32,000 bases of DNA from Planctopirus limnophila DSM 3776. GTDB taxonomy: Bacteria > Planctomycetota > Planctomycetia > Planctomycetales > Planctomycetaceae. Shown here one piece after another: positions 8,078-17,434 of the stretch (the stretch's first letter is position 1; every line of letters begins with the position of its first letter). Made by a program: the position numbers and the translations under genes. The notes beneath the pieces were generated by a model. That model saw only the letters and a program-made list of their open reading frames with translations, ran no database searches and was not told the origin of the DNA. Location: positions 930,001 through 962,000 of the forward strand of contig NC_014148.1 of assembly GCF_000092105.1 (NCBI RefSeq). The letters run 5' to 3'.

Positions 8078-8804
8078 TTGAACACATCGCCTCCGACAGA
8101 GCCTCCCCTCTCCCGCAGACCATTGGAAGTTCGCAAGACGCGTTGGGCTGGGCGTTTTGCTCATCTGTTGACCACGTGGAACATTGCACCGAACACGATC
8201 TCAGTCGCAGGCATTGGCTTCTCTATTCTGGCTGCACTCGCACTGATTCTCGGTGGACAAAGCGAAATGCTGTCTCTTCAGATTGTCTGCCTTTTAATGG
8301 CAGCACTGGGTATACAGTGTCGGCTGCTCTGCAATCTTTTTGACGGGATGGTCGCTGTCGAAGGGGGAAAGTCGACGCGATCCGGCGAACTGTTTAACGA
8401 GATCCCGGATCGATTTTCAGATGCCCTCTCACTTGCAGGGGGGGGGGTATTTTGTTTCGGCAATGCCCTGGGTGGTCGATGTCGGCTGGCTGGCTGCTGC
8501 TCTGGCAATTATTACGGCTTATGTGCGTGCTCTCGGTGCTTCCACAGGTGCCGGCCAGCACTTTGAAGGCCCTATGGCAAAACCTCAACGCATGGCAGTT
8601 CTGACGACTGCCTGTGTGGGGGAAGCAATTTTTGTGTCAACATGGCTTCATGGCTGGATCATGACATGGTCACTGATCATCATCGCCCTGGGGAGCCTGA
8701 TCACCATTTTTCGTCGGGCGAGAAATATCGCCGTGATTCTCGAAAACGCTCCTCTGGAAAAGAAATCGATACCAGCCACATCTTCACCGCCGGAAGGAGT
8801 CTAG
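8078..8804 (+). pseudogene. CDP-alcohol phosphatidyltransferase (YnbA/PgsA-like), reading frame broken by a G10 run
   Basis: ORF 8078..8566 carries NLFDGMVAVEGGKSTRSGELFNEIPDRFSD, a close match to D-G-x2-A-R-x8-G-x3-D-x3-D. After the G run this frame turns Cys/Arg-rich and stops. The +1 frame (ORF 8340..8804) continues protein-like as YFVSAMPWVVDVGWLAAALAIITAYVRALGASTGAGQHFEGPMAKPQRMAVLT... Deleting one G gives a single protein of about 241 aa. TTG start. Confidence 0.75.
8438..8447. repeat. Homopolymeric G10 tract at the frameshift point
   Basis: Direct count gives G at 8438-8447. It is the longest homopolymer I saw in the window. Confidence 0.95.
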
Positions 8805-8808
8805 AAAC

Positions 8809-9474
8809 ATGCAACAGATTTCTGCCGCATGCCTGCGACTGCTGACTGGACTTCGCGCTGAATGGCAAGGCTGCCTTCCTTCAGTCGAGCCTCGCGTCTA
8901 TTTTGCTAATCACACCAGTCACCTGGATGCCCCTGCCATCTGGGCCTCGCTTCCTTCAATTTGCCGGGCAACCACACGCCCTGTGGCTGCTCAAGACTAC
9001 TGGACGGCAGGGCCTTTCAGGCGATTTATTGCCAGCCGCGTGATGAATGCGATTCTGATTGATCGTAAACTCCCTACGGCCCGCAACAATCCGGTGACGT
9101 TCATTCGGCAGGCCATTGAAGAAGGGGCTTCGGTGATCGTTTTTCCGGAGGGAACCCGTTCGCCCGATGGACAGATTCAGGAATTCAAGAGTGGGCTTTA
9201 CCACCTCGCCCGCGATTTGCCACATGTGGAATTTATCCCGGTCTACCTCGAAAACCTGAATCGAATTCTGCCCAAGGGTGAGTTCATCCCGTTACCAATC
9301 ATTGCACGGGCCACATTTGGAGCACCGTTAGGATGGATCGAATCCGAGGGCAGACACGATTTTCTCAATCGCGCCAGACAAAGTATTATCGCGCTAATGC
9401 AGCAAACGTTAATCGAACCAATGGAAAGCGCCCCCCTTCACCCAGCCGAGACCTTTGCGAATGAATTGGCCTGA
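8809..9474 (+). CDS. 1-acyl-sn-glycerol-3-phosphate (lysophospholipid) acyltransferase, PlsC family
   Basis: NHTSHLD (H-x4-D block) and VIVFPEGTRS (block III). Starts 4 nt after the upstream stop. Confidence 0.85.
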   Translation: MQQISAACLRLLTGLRAEWQGCLPSVEPRVYFANHTSHLDAPAIWASLPSICRATTRPVAAQDYWTAGPFRRFIASRVMNAILIDRKLPTARNNPVTFIRQAIEEGASVIVFPEGTRSPDGQIQEFKSGLYHLARDLPHVEFIPVYLENLNRILPKGEFIPLPIIARATFGAPLGWIESEGRHDFLNRARQSIIALMQQTLIEPMESAPLHPAETFANELA

Positions 9475-10405
9475 TCGCGAACTCGGCTGTTTAATCATCG
9501 GTACATTCATAGCGTTAGGCTGCGCCAGTCTTATGGGATTGATTCTCAGGTGGCAATGCGGTCCCACGAAGACGATTGAAAATCTCAATTCCCGCATCAT
9601 GGCCTGGTGGTTCATGATTCTGGTTTTTCTGGGAGCAGTACTCTCTGGCCCGATCGTGGTTGTGGTGCTGTTTGGATTACTTTCATTACTGGCACTCCGC
9701 GAATTTCTCACTCTGACACCCACACGACTGGGTGATCATCGTGCGTTGTTCTGGGCGTTTTTCGTGGTTCTTCCCATTCAGTACATCATTCTTGGAATCC
9801 ACTGGTATGCGTTTTTTTCAATCTTTATTCCGGTCTATGTGTACCTCATTCTCCCTATTCGCAGCGCGGCAGCAGGAGATGTCCAGAACTTCCTCACGAG
9901 AACGGCCATTATCCAATGGGGGCTCATGATCTGTGTTTACTGCCTTAGTCATGGCCCGGCACTTCTCACGATGCTCGAGATACCTGACTATCCCACACGC
10001 GACGGAAAACTTCTCTGCTATCTCGTTCTCATCTGCGAGGCGAGCGATGTACTGCAGTATGTTTGCGGGAAACTGTTTGGTAAGCATCCCGTAGCTCCCA
10101 AGGTCAGCCCTTCCAAAACGTGGGAAGGATTGATCGGTGGAGTGGCATTAACCGTTGGTCTGGGGACCGCACTCTGGTGGGTGACCCCATTCTCGCCACA
10201 AGCTGCTGCGGGGATGTCTCTCACGATTTGCCTGGCCGGCTTTGGTGGAGGTCTCGTTATGTCTGCCATCAAACGAGATCGAGGCGTTAAAGACTGGGGG
10301 CAGGCCATTGCAGGTCATGGCGGAATACTGGACCGGCTCGACTCATTTTGCTTCGCCGCGCCGTTCTTCTTTCACTTCACGCGATATTTCTACAGCACGA
10401 TTTGA
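9461..10405 (+). CDS. Phosphatidate cytidylyltransferase paralog (CdsA family, YnbB-like)
   Basis: VAPKVSPSKTWEGLIGG and VMSAIKRDRGVKDWGQAIAGHGGILDRLDS match the CTP-transferase-1 signature. Multi-pass membrane protein. ATG 9461 overlaps the upstream stop by 14 nt (TTG 9455 is also possible). Confidence 0.85.
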   Translation: MNWPDRELGCLIIGTFIALGCASLMGLILRWQCGPTKTIENLNSRIMAWWFMILVFLGAVLSGPIVVVVLFGLLSLLALREFLTLTPTRLGDHRALFWAFFVVLPIQYIILGIHWYAFFSIFIPVYVYLILPIRSAAAGDVQNFLTRTAIIQWGLMICVYCLSHGPALLTMLEIPDYPTRDGKLLCYLVLICEASDVLQYVCGKLFGKHPVAPKVSPSKTWEGLIGGVALTVGLGTALWWVTPFSPQAAAGMSLTICLAGFGGGLVMSAIKRDRGVKDWGQAIAGHGGILDRLDSFCFAAPFFFHFTRYFYSTI

Positions 10406-10458
10406 GAGTTGCTTTAAGCTCACCTACCAGCATGCACGCTCTCGATCGGACCTGCCGT

Positions 10459-11415
10459 TCAGAATGGCAGTGGTTGACCCAGGCCTTCTTCGCGGGCACG
10501 GATATAAACCTGTGTCCCGAGAATAATGTCCTGTATCGCCAGGCCCACCGATTTGAAGAGCGTGATGTCGTCTTCGTGAGCCCGCCCTGTCTGTTCACCC
10601 ACCAGCACTCGCCCCAGTTCCTGCACACGCTGCCATTCCAGGCAGCCGGCCTCAATCGCTGCGACAAAATCGCCCGCTTCGTTCTGGCAGGCAGCCAGAT
10701 CATCACAGGCAATCCAGTCACTGCGGCGTATTGTTTCCAGATCGATCTCGGCTCGCGACAGATGATTACTTCCCACCACACACAGGTGAGTGCCGGGTGT
10801 TAACGAAGCGCCTTGAAACACCGGGCTTTTACTGGTGGTGGCACACACCACAATGTCCTTCTCACTGGCAGCATCATCGGGGCTGTGTACCGGAATCGTC
10901 GGGACATCGCAAAGCTGTGAGACTTCATCGGCAAACTGCGAACACTTCTCACTGTTTCGTGAGTAGACTTCAATACGCTCGATAGGGCGGCTCATGCAGA
11001 TGGCCTGCAACTGAGTGCGCGCCTGCAGCCCTGAGCCGAAGCAACCGACCAACTGCGATTCAGGATTGGACATTAACCTGCAGGAAAGTCCTGAGGCCGC
11101 CCCGGTGCGTAGCTGACCGAGATAATCCGCCTCCATGACACATAAAGGCTTTCCCGTTTCGGCATCCCACAAAGTGACCAGGAACTGGGCACCTTGCTTT
11201 GTCGTGGTGTACGACTTGGTGCCCAGAATCTTCACCCCGGTCGAGGCCGCTGACATACTGTGGAGAATCACTCCGGGAATCGACGCCCGGCTGCGCGGAA
11301 TGTTCACCGCATGCCCGGTCGCCAGTTCCTGAAACGCCTGTTCTGCCGCTGCCAATGCCAGAGGCATATCGGCTACAAATCGAACGTCCCCTTCTGAGAG
11401 AAAGAATGCCGTCAT
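10459..11415 (-). CDS. Ornithine cyclodeaminase / mu-crystallin family protein
   Basis: GTKSYTT...FLVTLWDAETGKPLCVMEADYLGQLRTGAASGL, then the Rossmann segment VGCFGSGLQARTQL and LFKSVGLAIQD. This is the typical OCD/mu-crystallin layout. Confidence 0.85.
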   Translation of the reverse strand: MTAFFLSEGDVRFVADMPLALAAAEQAFQELATGHAVNIPRSRASIPGVILHSMSAASTGVKILGTKSYTTTKQGAQFLVTLWDAETGKPLCVMEADYLGQLRTGAASGLSCRLMSNPESQLVGCFGSGLQARTQLQAICMSRPIERIEVYSRNSEKCSQFADEVSQLCDVPTIPVHSPDDAASEKDIVVCATTSKSPVFQGASLTPGTHLCVVGSNHLSRAEIDLETIRRSDWIACDDLAACQNEAGDFVAAIEAGCLEWQRVQELGRVLVGEQTGRAHEDDITLFKSVGLAIQDIILGTQVYIRAREEGLGQPLPF

Positions 11416-11478
11416 GATGGTTGTCTCTAGGAGGGGAATTGTTCGTCATCGAGCCAGATCTATGCAGCTCCAGCGGCT

Positions 11479-13014
11479 TTAGACATCGACCAGCTTGGCC
11501 AGTTCCGGGAAGTCGGGCTTAAGCGATCGATAGAGTTTACCGAACATGGGGTACGACTTGTTGTAAACGCGTTTGGCCTCGGAGTTCGGATCGGTCGCGC
11601 CGTTGACACGAATGGTGGCAGTACAGGCTTCGACCACGCTCTTGTATTCGCCAGTGCCAGCGGCAGCCAGAAGTGCCACACCATAGGCAGGCCCCTCTTC
11701 CGCATTGATCGTGACCACGCGGCGTCCATAGACATCTGCCTGCATCTGTCGCCAGAACTGGCTGCGTGCCCCACCGCCAGAAACGCGGATTTCGCGAATG
11801 GGAATCTTCAATTCATTGATGATTTCCAGGCAATCCCGCATGGCATAAGTGGCACCTTCCATCACAGCTCGAATGAGGTGTGCCCGGCCATGCCGAATCG
11901 TCAGCCCCACCCAGGCGCCGCGAGCCAGTGGATCGGCATGCGGAGTGCGCTCGCCCGTCAGATAAGGCAGGAAGAAGAGCCCTTCGCAACCTGCAGGAGC
12001 TTCTGCTGCCTGTTCGGTAATCAGATTGTAAGGATCTGTTTTCAATCTGCGGGCATCGGCCACTTCGACGAGGCCCAGTGTATTTCGATACCACTGGAGA
12101 CTGCCGCCAGCGGAAAGGACACAGCCCATGACATGCCATTTTCCTTTAACGGCATGGCAGAAAGTATGCACACGCCCCTGAGGGTCAATCTGCATTTCAT
12201 CGGAGTGAGCGAAGACCACGCCGCTGGTTCCCATGGTGGCAGAGATCACGCCGCGTTTGACAATGCCGTTTCCGACAGCACCGGCAGCCTGGTCACCGGC
12301 CCCTCCCACGACAGCGATCCCGGCTTTGAGTCCCAGTTGTTTGGCAGCAATTGCGCTGACAGTCCCGGTGATCTCTTCCGATTCGTGCATTTTCGGGAGC
12401 AACGAAAGTGGGATGTCGAGCTTGTCGAGCAGTGGTTTACACCAGACTCGCTGGCTGACATCGAGCAGCAATGTGCCGGAAGCATCGCTGACTTCGGTCG
12501 CATATGTCCCTGTCAGACGGAAGCGAATGTAGTCCTTCGGCAACAGGATCTGGGCAGTCTTGTCGAAGATTTTGGGTTCGTTTTTCTTGACCCACATAAT
12601 CTTGGGAGCGGTAAATCCTGTAAGTGCCGGATTGGCGACCATTTCGATCAGCTTCTCGCGGCCACCGGCCTTTTTTTCGATGTCGAGGCACTCGGCGGCA
12701 GTTCGCTGATCGTTCCAGAGAATGGCAGGGCGGAGCACTTCGCTGGATTTATCCAGAAAGACACTGCCATGCATCTGGCCACTCAGACCAATCCCGCTGA
12801 TTTCTTCGGCTTTGATTTTTGCCGACTTAATGGCCTTTTTGGTACTTTCGACGACAGCATTCCACCAGTCTTCTGGATCCTGTTCAGACCACCCGGGTTT
12901 TGGGTTGGAAAGTGGGTACTCGACGGTGGCTGAGCCTAGAATTTCGCCGTCAGCCCGCATGACGATTGTCTTTGTGCCGCTTGTGCCGATGTCGATCCCG
13001 AGAAAGGCGCCCAT
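11479..13014 (-). CDS. xylB: Xylulokinase (FGGY carbohydrate kinase)
   Basis: [82 protein letters not shown] and [17 protein letters not shown] align along the full length with E. coli XylB as I remember it. Confidence 0.9.
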   Translation of the reverse strand: MGAFLGIDIGTSGTKTIVMRADGEILGSATVEYPLSNPKPGWSEQDPEDWWNAVVESTKKAIKSAKIKAEEISGIGLSGQMHGSVFLDKSSEVLRPAILWNDQRTAAECLDIEKKAGGREKLIEMVANPALTGFTAPKIMWVKKNEPKIFDKTAQILLPKDYIRFRLTGTYATEVSDASGTLLLDVSQRVWCKPLLDKLDIPLSLLPKMHESEEITGTVSAIAAKQLGLKAGIAVVGGAGDQAAGAVGNGIVKRGVISATMGTSGVVFAHSDEMQIDPQGRVHTFCHAVKGKWHVMGCVLSAGGSLQWYRNTLGLVEVADARRLKTDPYNLITEQAAEAPAGCEGLFFLPYLTGERTPHADPLARGAWVGLTIRHGRAHLIRAVMEGATYAMRDCLEIINELKIPIREIRVSGGGARSQFWRQMQADVYGRRVVTINAEEGPAYGVALLAAAGTGEYKSVVEACTATIRVNGATDPNSEAKRVYNKSYPMFGKLYRSLKPDFPELAKLVDV

Positions 13015-13934
13015 AGACCGTTACCCTCAAGTTGTTCGCAGTGAATTCAGGCGCTTCCCAATCGCTGGAAACACCTGGGAATCAAAACCTCACTCTGGCG
13101 AGAGCTGTTTTGACTCCAAATGCTGTTCGTGATGTCGTCGACTGATCGTGTGGTTTATCTGCCCTGGTGCTGGTGATTTGTAAAAACCAGCCAGCCTGGG
13201 AAGCATCCGTGGAAACAGATCCCGAAATCAATGACCTTCTGAGGCTTTGATCGCAGTATTGTCTTCCACGGCCAAGTCATATTCACCGGCGATTCTTGAC
13301 CTCGACCGAGTTCATGGAATCGCTGGTTTGAATGACCTGCACTCGACAAAACCCGAGAGTTTAACAGATTCGCGCGTGTGCTGCGCTCCACTCACAAAAA
13401 TAGCCTGCAATGCCATGATTCGGGCAGTCGTTTCTCCTCTGGCTGGCTTAGTGGCAGGTTTGGCCGACAGTTCAGGAAGTCTTCTGCACGTCAGCCCCTT
13501 CTCTGGCAATTGGATGTCGATCGAATTCATCAACTGCCGGTAAAAACCCTTCATGACCCACGAAAAATCTGGACGATTCCAGAAGTTGGGCTTAGGGATT
13601 GGCAGGCCTCCGCTGAACTGGCATCGCACAACAAAAGGCCATCATCAGGGCTTTTATGTCTTCGATCTGGTGATTTCTGCGGGAAAGCATGATTCTCAGA
13701 GCGTTGATCCCCAAAGTTTTGGCTGGAGAATTTGATTCGAGATCAGATTTGGCCGGAGACCTCAGGAACTGTGATTGTCAATTTGACAATAAAGAGCATA
13801 AATTTGCGGAAATGCTCGCGACTTCAGACTTTCGAAACGCTCGACACAGCGTGTATCATCCAATGAGACGCCAGAGGGCTGTCCTATTTTATTCTTCTTA
13901 CATCCCTCAAATCTTAACGGTGGCATCAGAAACT

Positions 13935-14336
13935 ATGAGTTTGATCGATCGTGCAACTCGTCCCAAGATGAAATTTCCACCTCAGGCTTACCTGTTTGTC
14001 ACAGAAGCCCTGAAAGTTGCCCAGGATCAGGCTGGAAAACTTCGCAATCTGGATGAATCTGAAGAATCTGCTCACATTTCCGGCGCAGAACTGCTCGAAG
14101 GTGTGCGAATTCTCGGGAGTCGCATGTTCGGAATGATGGCTCCCACTGTATTTCGTTTGTGGGGCATCGAATCGACACACGATTTTGGCCGGGTGGTCTT
14201 TGACCTCGTTGAGCGCGGGGAACTCCGCAAAACCGATGAAGATCAACTGACGGATTTTGATGGTATCTACGAGTTCAATGAAGTCTTCCTGAATTCTTAT
14301 CTGGTGGATACGACTAAGGCGTTTCGTCAACCGTGA
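13935..14336 (+). CDS. Minf_1886-family protein (small conserved PVC-group protein, function unknown)
   Basis: FPPQAYLFVTEALKVAQ...HISGAELLEGVRILGSRMFGMMAPTVFRLWGIESTHDFGRVVFDLVERGELRKTDEDQLTDFDGIYEF resembles the TIGR04138-type family as recalled. The ORF opens at 13689, but the family core starts at ATG 13935. Confidence 0.7.
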   Translation: MSLIDRATRPKMKFPPQAYLFVTEALKVAQDQAGKLRNLDESEESAHISGAELLEGVRILGSRMFGMMAPTVFRLWGIESTHDFGRVVFDLVERGELRKTDEDQLTDFDGIYEFNEVFLNSYLVDTTKAFRQP

Positions 14337-14423
14337 CGAATTGATCCACTGGTGACGCCATATCAATGCATCCCTTCCGAGGTGCCTTCGGTCTGCTCCT
14401 GCAGAACTGGATGACGGGTGAGG

Positions 14424-14972
14424 ATGGCAGCGAAAGGTCGAGGTATATTGTCTGCTGAATCACAGTTGCGAGATTCGAATTCACCTCCTGATCTGCTGCC
14501 CACGAGGCAGTGGCCCTTGTATGTGGCCGGAGGAATGCTCGTTGTCTGGATCTTAATTCTCACCTGTCTGGCGGCTTCCACAGCCAATCCCGTCGTGGTC
14601 AATCAACTGCAGATTTCCCTCTCTGATGCGGTGGTGACAGTTGAACTGGGAACCAGCGAGCAAGGCCAATCATTCGATCAAGTCGTAAAAACCTGGAAGG
14701 GAGAGCCCCCGGAAAAACTCCCTCAACTTTCCCAGTTCAGCAAATTTCCTGCGAAGACCCGGCTGGTCGTCCCCCTTCAAAAGACCGAAACAGGCTGGGA
14801 AGTGACACAGGGGCCAGCCTCCTGGGCTCAAATCCCGTGGGCTGAACAGCTTTACCGCTTGCCTCCAGTGACCACCAACCTGAAGCCTCTGGTCTATGTC
14901 GAATCGCCTGATGTTCTCATGCAATTAGAGACTGCACTGGCATTACCGGAGCCCAAAAAAATCTCTCCGTAA
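14424..14972 (+). CDS. Hypothetical single-pass membrane protein
   Basis: One hydrophobic helix (WPLYVAGGMLVVWILILTCLAASTA) followed by a soluble domain of about 120 aa. No recognised motif. Coding status rests on ORF length and position between real genes. Confidence 0.5.
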   Translation: MAAKGRGILSAESQLRDSNSPPDLLPTRQWPLYVAGGMLVVWILILTCLAASTANPVVVNQLQISLSDAVVTVELGTSEQGQSFDQVVKTWKGEPPEKLPQLSQFSKFPAKTRLVVPLQKTETGWEVTQGPASWAQIPWAEQLYRLPPVTTNLKPLVYVESPDVLMQLETALALPEPKKISP

Positions 14973-15102
14973 CCGAGGCATGGCTGGAGCTTTTCCAGGT
15001 TTCAGGTCCAGGTTTGGGTCTCTGGCGATTCTCTGTCACTTGTTCTGTATACGCCTTAACTTTTCAGCATGACCATCCCGCAGAGAGGACAGAGGCCCGG
15101 CA

Positions 15103-15852
15103 ATGGCGGCAGAAAAGGGGACGGCGCTCATTTTACGGGTCACTGACTTCAGTGAGACCAGCCGCATCGTCGTCATGTTCAGCCGAGAGCACGGGCGTTT
15201 TTCGGCCTTGGCAAAAGGTGGCCGGCGTTTAAAAGGGCCATTCGAGTCGTCACTGGATTTACTATCAACTTGTGATGTGGTCTTTCTCAAGAAAGCTTCC
15301 AGCGGGCTGGATCTCCTCACAGAAGCCCGGCTGGTGCATCGCTTCCGTCCTGAGCCCAATCAACTCAACGCACTGTATGCCGGGTATTACGTTGCTGAGC
15401 TCATTCTGGGGCTGACGGAAGATTACGATCCCCATCCTGAGATTTACGACGAAGCCCAGAAGCTGCTCGAGAGTCTGGCAGATGCTTCGAACCTGGCGAT
15501 CAAGTTAACTCGGTTTGAATTGATCATGCTCAGAGAGTGTGGCCAGCTTCCGGATTTCGAGACCTGCATGGCTTGTGGAGCCGAATTGACAGAAGGCCGG
15601 CTGTTTGGTTTCTGGCCCGGGCAAGGGGGCATGATTTGCCCTGCATGCCAGCGCGACGACTATTCTCAGATTCCTGTTCACGCGGGGACGGCTCAGTTAT
15701 TGCGGCGGATGGCGAGCAATGAAAACACCACCTGGTCGCGGTTAATCCCTTCACCACAACAGGTTAAGGAACTTCGGGCAGTCATGCTGGCAGCCGTGAC
15801 TCACACTTTAGGAAAGCGGCCCAACACTTTGAAACTACTGCGCTTCCAGTAA
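15103..15852 (+). CDS. recO: DNA repair/recombination mediator RecO
   Basis: N-terminal OB fold ALILRVTDFSETSRIVVMFSREHGRFSALAKGGRR and a four-Cys zinc motif CMACG...CPACQ. 249 aa. Confidence 0.85.
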   Translation: MAAEKGTALILRVTDFSETSRIVVMFSREHGRFSALAKGGRRLKGPFESSLDLLSTCDVVFLKKASSGLDLLTEARLVHRFRPEPNQLNALYAGYYVAELILGLTEDYDPHPEIYDEAQKLLESLADASNLAIKLTRFELIMLRECGQLPDFETCMACGAELTEGRLFGFWPGQGGMICPACQRDDYSQIPVHAGTAQLLRRMASNENTTWSRLIPSPQQVKELRAVMLAAVTHTLGKRPNTLKLLRFQ

Positions 15853-15928
15853 ATTCAAGCTTCTGCTACAAGCAGCTATTCAAGCCTTTCATTGCTCCCA
15901 CCAACTGAAATTTCGCACGTCCGACTCA

Positions 15929-17434
15929 GTGTCATGGATGACCATGTCTGGAACCGGCCCAATAAATTCGCTCCCACGACCTGATCAGATTGCTGCACGC
16001 TTCGTCGTTGCGGCAATGCTGCTGGCCCTTTGCGCATTTGCAGGAGCGGGTTGTGCAGCGACCAAGTGGCAATCGCCCCTGGTCTCCGGATTCAAAGAAC
16101 CCAAAATTGATGGCGTTCAAGGTCCCACCGAAAGACGCCTTCGCCGCGGTCTGATCACACAGGCCAGTGCAACGGAAGATGCGGATGGAGACGAGCGTTC
16201 TCTGGCCCCGATCGCTGGTTCCGAAGAGTTCGCAAAGGCCGAAGAGTTATTCAAGGAAGGCAAGTTCGCCGAAGCCGAAAGTGCGTTCAAGAAAATCGCG
16301 AAGAAGTACAAAAAGAGCGAGATTCGAGAGGACGCCCTCTTCATGCAGGCGGAATCTGCTTTCCAGAGACAGCACTATGCCGACGCTTATGACATCGTCG
16401 CTGTACTGCTGAAAGAGTATCCATCATCCCGGTATCTGGATTCGATCTCGCGACGTCTCTTTGAAATTGCCCGGATCTGGTTGAATGATCCCAAGGTTGC
16501 TCAAATCGATGAAATTCAGCAGACCAATCTGCAAAATCCAGGCGAACGACTTCCGCCACCTTCCCCAGTGGAAGATAAGAAACAAAGCGCCTTTGCTCTC
16601 AATCTGTTCGACGAGAAGAAGCCCGTTTTTGATCCCGAAGGAAATGCAATCGCTGCCTTACGGGCGATCTGGCTCAATGACCCTGCCGGGCCATTGGCCG
16701 ATGACGCTCTGATGCTCGCCGCCAGTCATTTTGCGCGACGCAGCAAATGGGCCGAAGCTGATAACTACTTCTCACTTCTGCGAGAGCAGTATCCGAACAG
16801 CCCGCACGTTCAAAAGGCGTTTTTGCTGGGTTCTCACGTCAAATTGATGTCTTATGAAGGGGCTGGCTACGATGGCCGCCGCCTTGAAGAAGCTCGTCAA
16901 CTTAAAGAGACAGCTCTCCGCCTCTACCCGGAAGCTGAAGATCGCGCCCGTCTGGAAAAAGAACTGGCTGGGATTGAGGAAGCCGAAGTTGCTCGCCTCT
17001 GGGAACAGATTCGTTTTTATCAGAGAAAACGCCGCGACAGTGCTGTGGGTCTGTATTGCCACATGCTGATCGACCGCTACCCCAACAGTTCCTATGCTCC
17101 TCAAGCCCGTCAAATCCTCAATGAATTAGGGCCACAATACGCCACTGGTGAAAAGTACCGTATCGCACCACCGCCTCAACCGAAGCCCTCACTGATTCCA
17201 CCCATTCCCGGTTTGACACCCACCACGCCACCCGAACTCAAACCTGTTGAAAAGACAGAAAAATCCCGAAGCTGGTGGGGTGGCAGCAAAGAGACTCCTG
17301 CCGAGGAATCCGAAGGGCGAGAGTTATTGAATCCGGGAGATAATCCACCCGATGATCGCGGTTCTCCCGGCGATAATGGTGTCGATCCACGCACTATTCA
17401 GGCCGCAGGTGAAAGACCTCAGGAGGGGCGATGA
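15929..17434 (+). CDS. BamD-like TPR outer-membrane lipoprotein with Pro-rich C-terminal tail
   Basis: Lipobox FAGAGC. TPR-like repeats FKEGKFAEAESAFKKIAKKY...EDALFMQAESAFQRQHYADAYDIVAVLLKEYPSSRYLD and LIDRYPNSSYAPQA. The first codon is GTG 15929; ATG 15938 and 15944 are alternatives. Confidence 0.7.
   Translation: MSWMTMSGTGPINSLPRPDQIAARFVVAAMLLALCAFAGAGCAATKWQSPLVSGFKEPKIDGVQGPTERRLRRGLITQASATEDADGDERSLAPIAGSEEFAKAEELFKEGKFAEAESAFKKIAKKYKKSEIREDALFMQAESAFQRQHYADAYDIVAVLLKEYPSSRYLDSISRRLFEIARIWLNDPKVAQIDEIQQTNLQNPGERLPPPSPVEDKKQSAFALNLFDEKKPVFDPEGNAIAALRAIWLNDPAGPLADDALMLAASHFARRSKWAEADNYFSLLREQYPNSPHVQKAFLLGSHVKLMSYEGAGYDGRRLEEARQLKETALRLYPEAEDRARLEKELAGIEEAEVARLWEQIRFYQRKRRDSAVGLYCHMLIDRYPNSSYAPQARQILNELGPQYATGEKYRIAPPPQPKPSLIPPIPGLTPTTPPELKPVEKTEKSRSWWGGSKETPAEESEGRELLNPGDNPPDDRGSPGDNGVDPRTIQAAGERPQEGR

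Noticed and set aside
10348-10803. Plus- and minus-strand ORFs (151 aa and 134 aa) overlapping the 3' part of the ornithine cyclodeaminase-family gene
   Set aside because: The 318-aa minus-strand frame carries the OCD/mu-crystallin motifs. The alternatives are Cys/Trp/Arg-rich.
11878-12933. 351-aa ORF antisense to xylB
   Set aside because: It lies entirely inside, and opposite to, a full-length and well-matched xylulokinase. The product is low-complexity (Gly/Ala/Ser/Asp/Phe-rich) with no motif. Long antisense stop-free frames are a common artefact in GC-biased genes. A genuinely overlapping gene cannot be excluded without Ribo-seq.
13155-13629. Two abutting minus-strand ORFs (78 and 105 aa), considered as a frameshifted transposase or pseudogene
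   Set aside because: No transposase, integrase or other family motif was recognisable, and there are no terminal inverted repeats. I kept it only as a possibility under the 920-bp gap finding.
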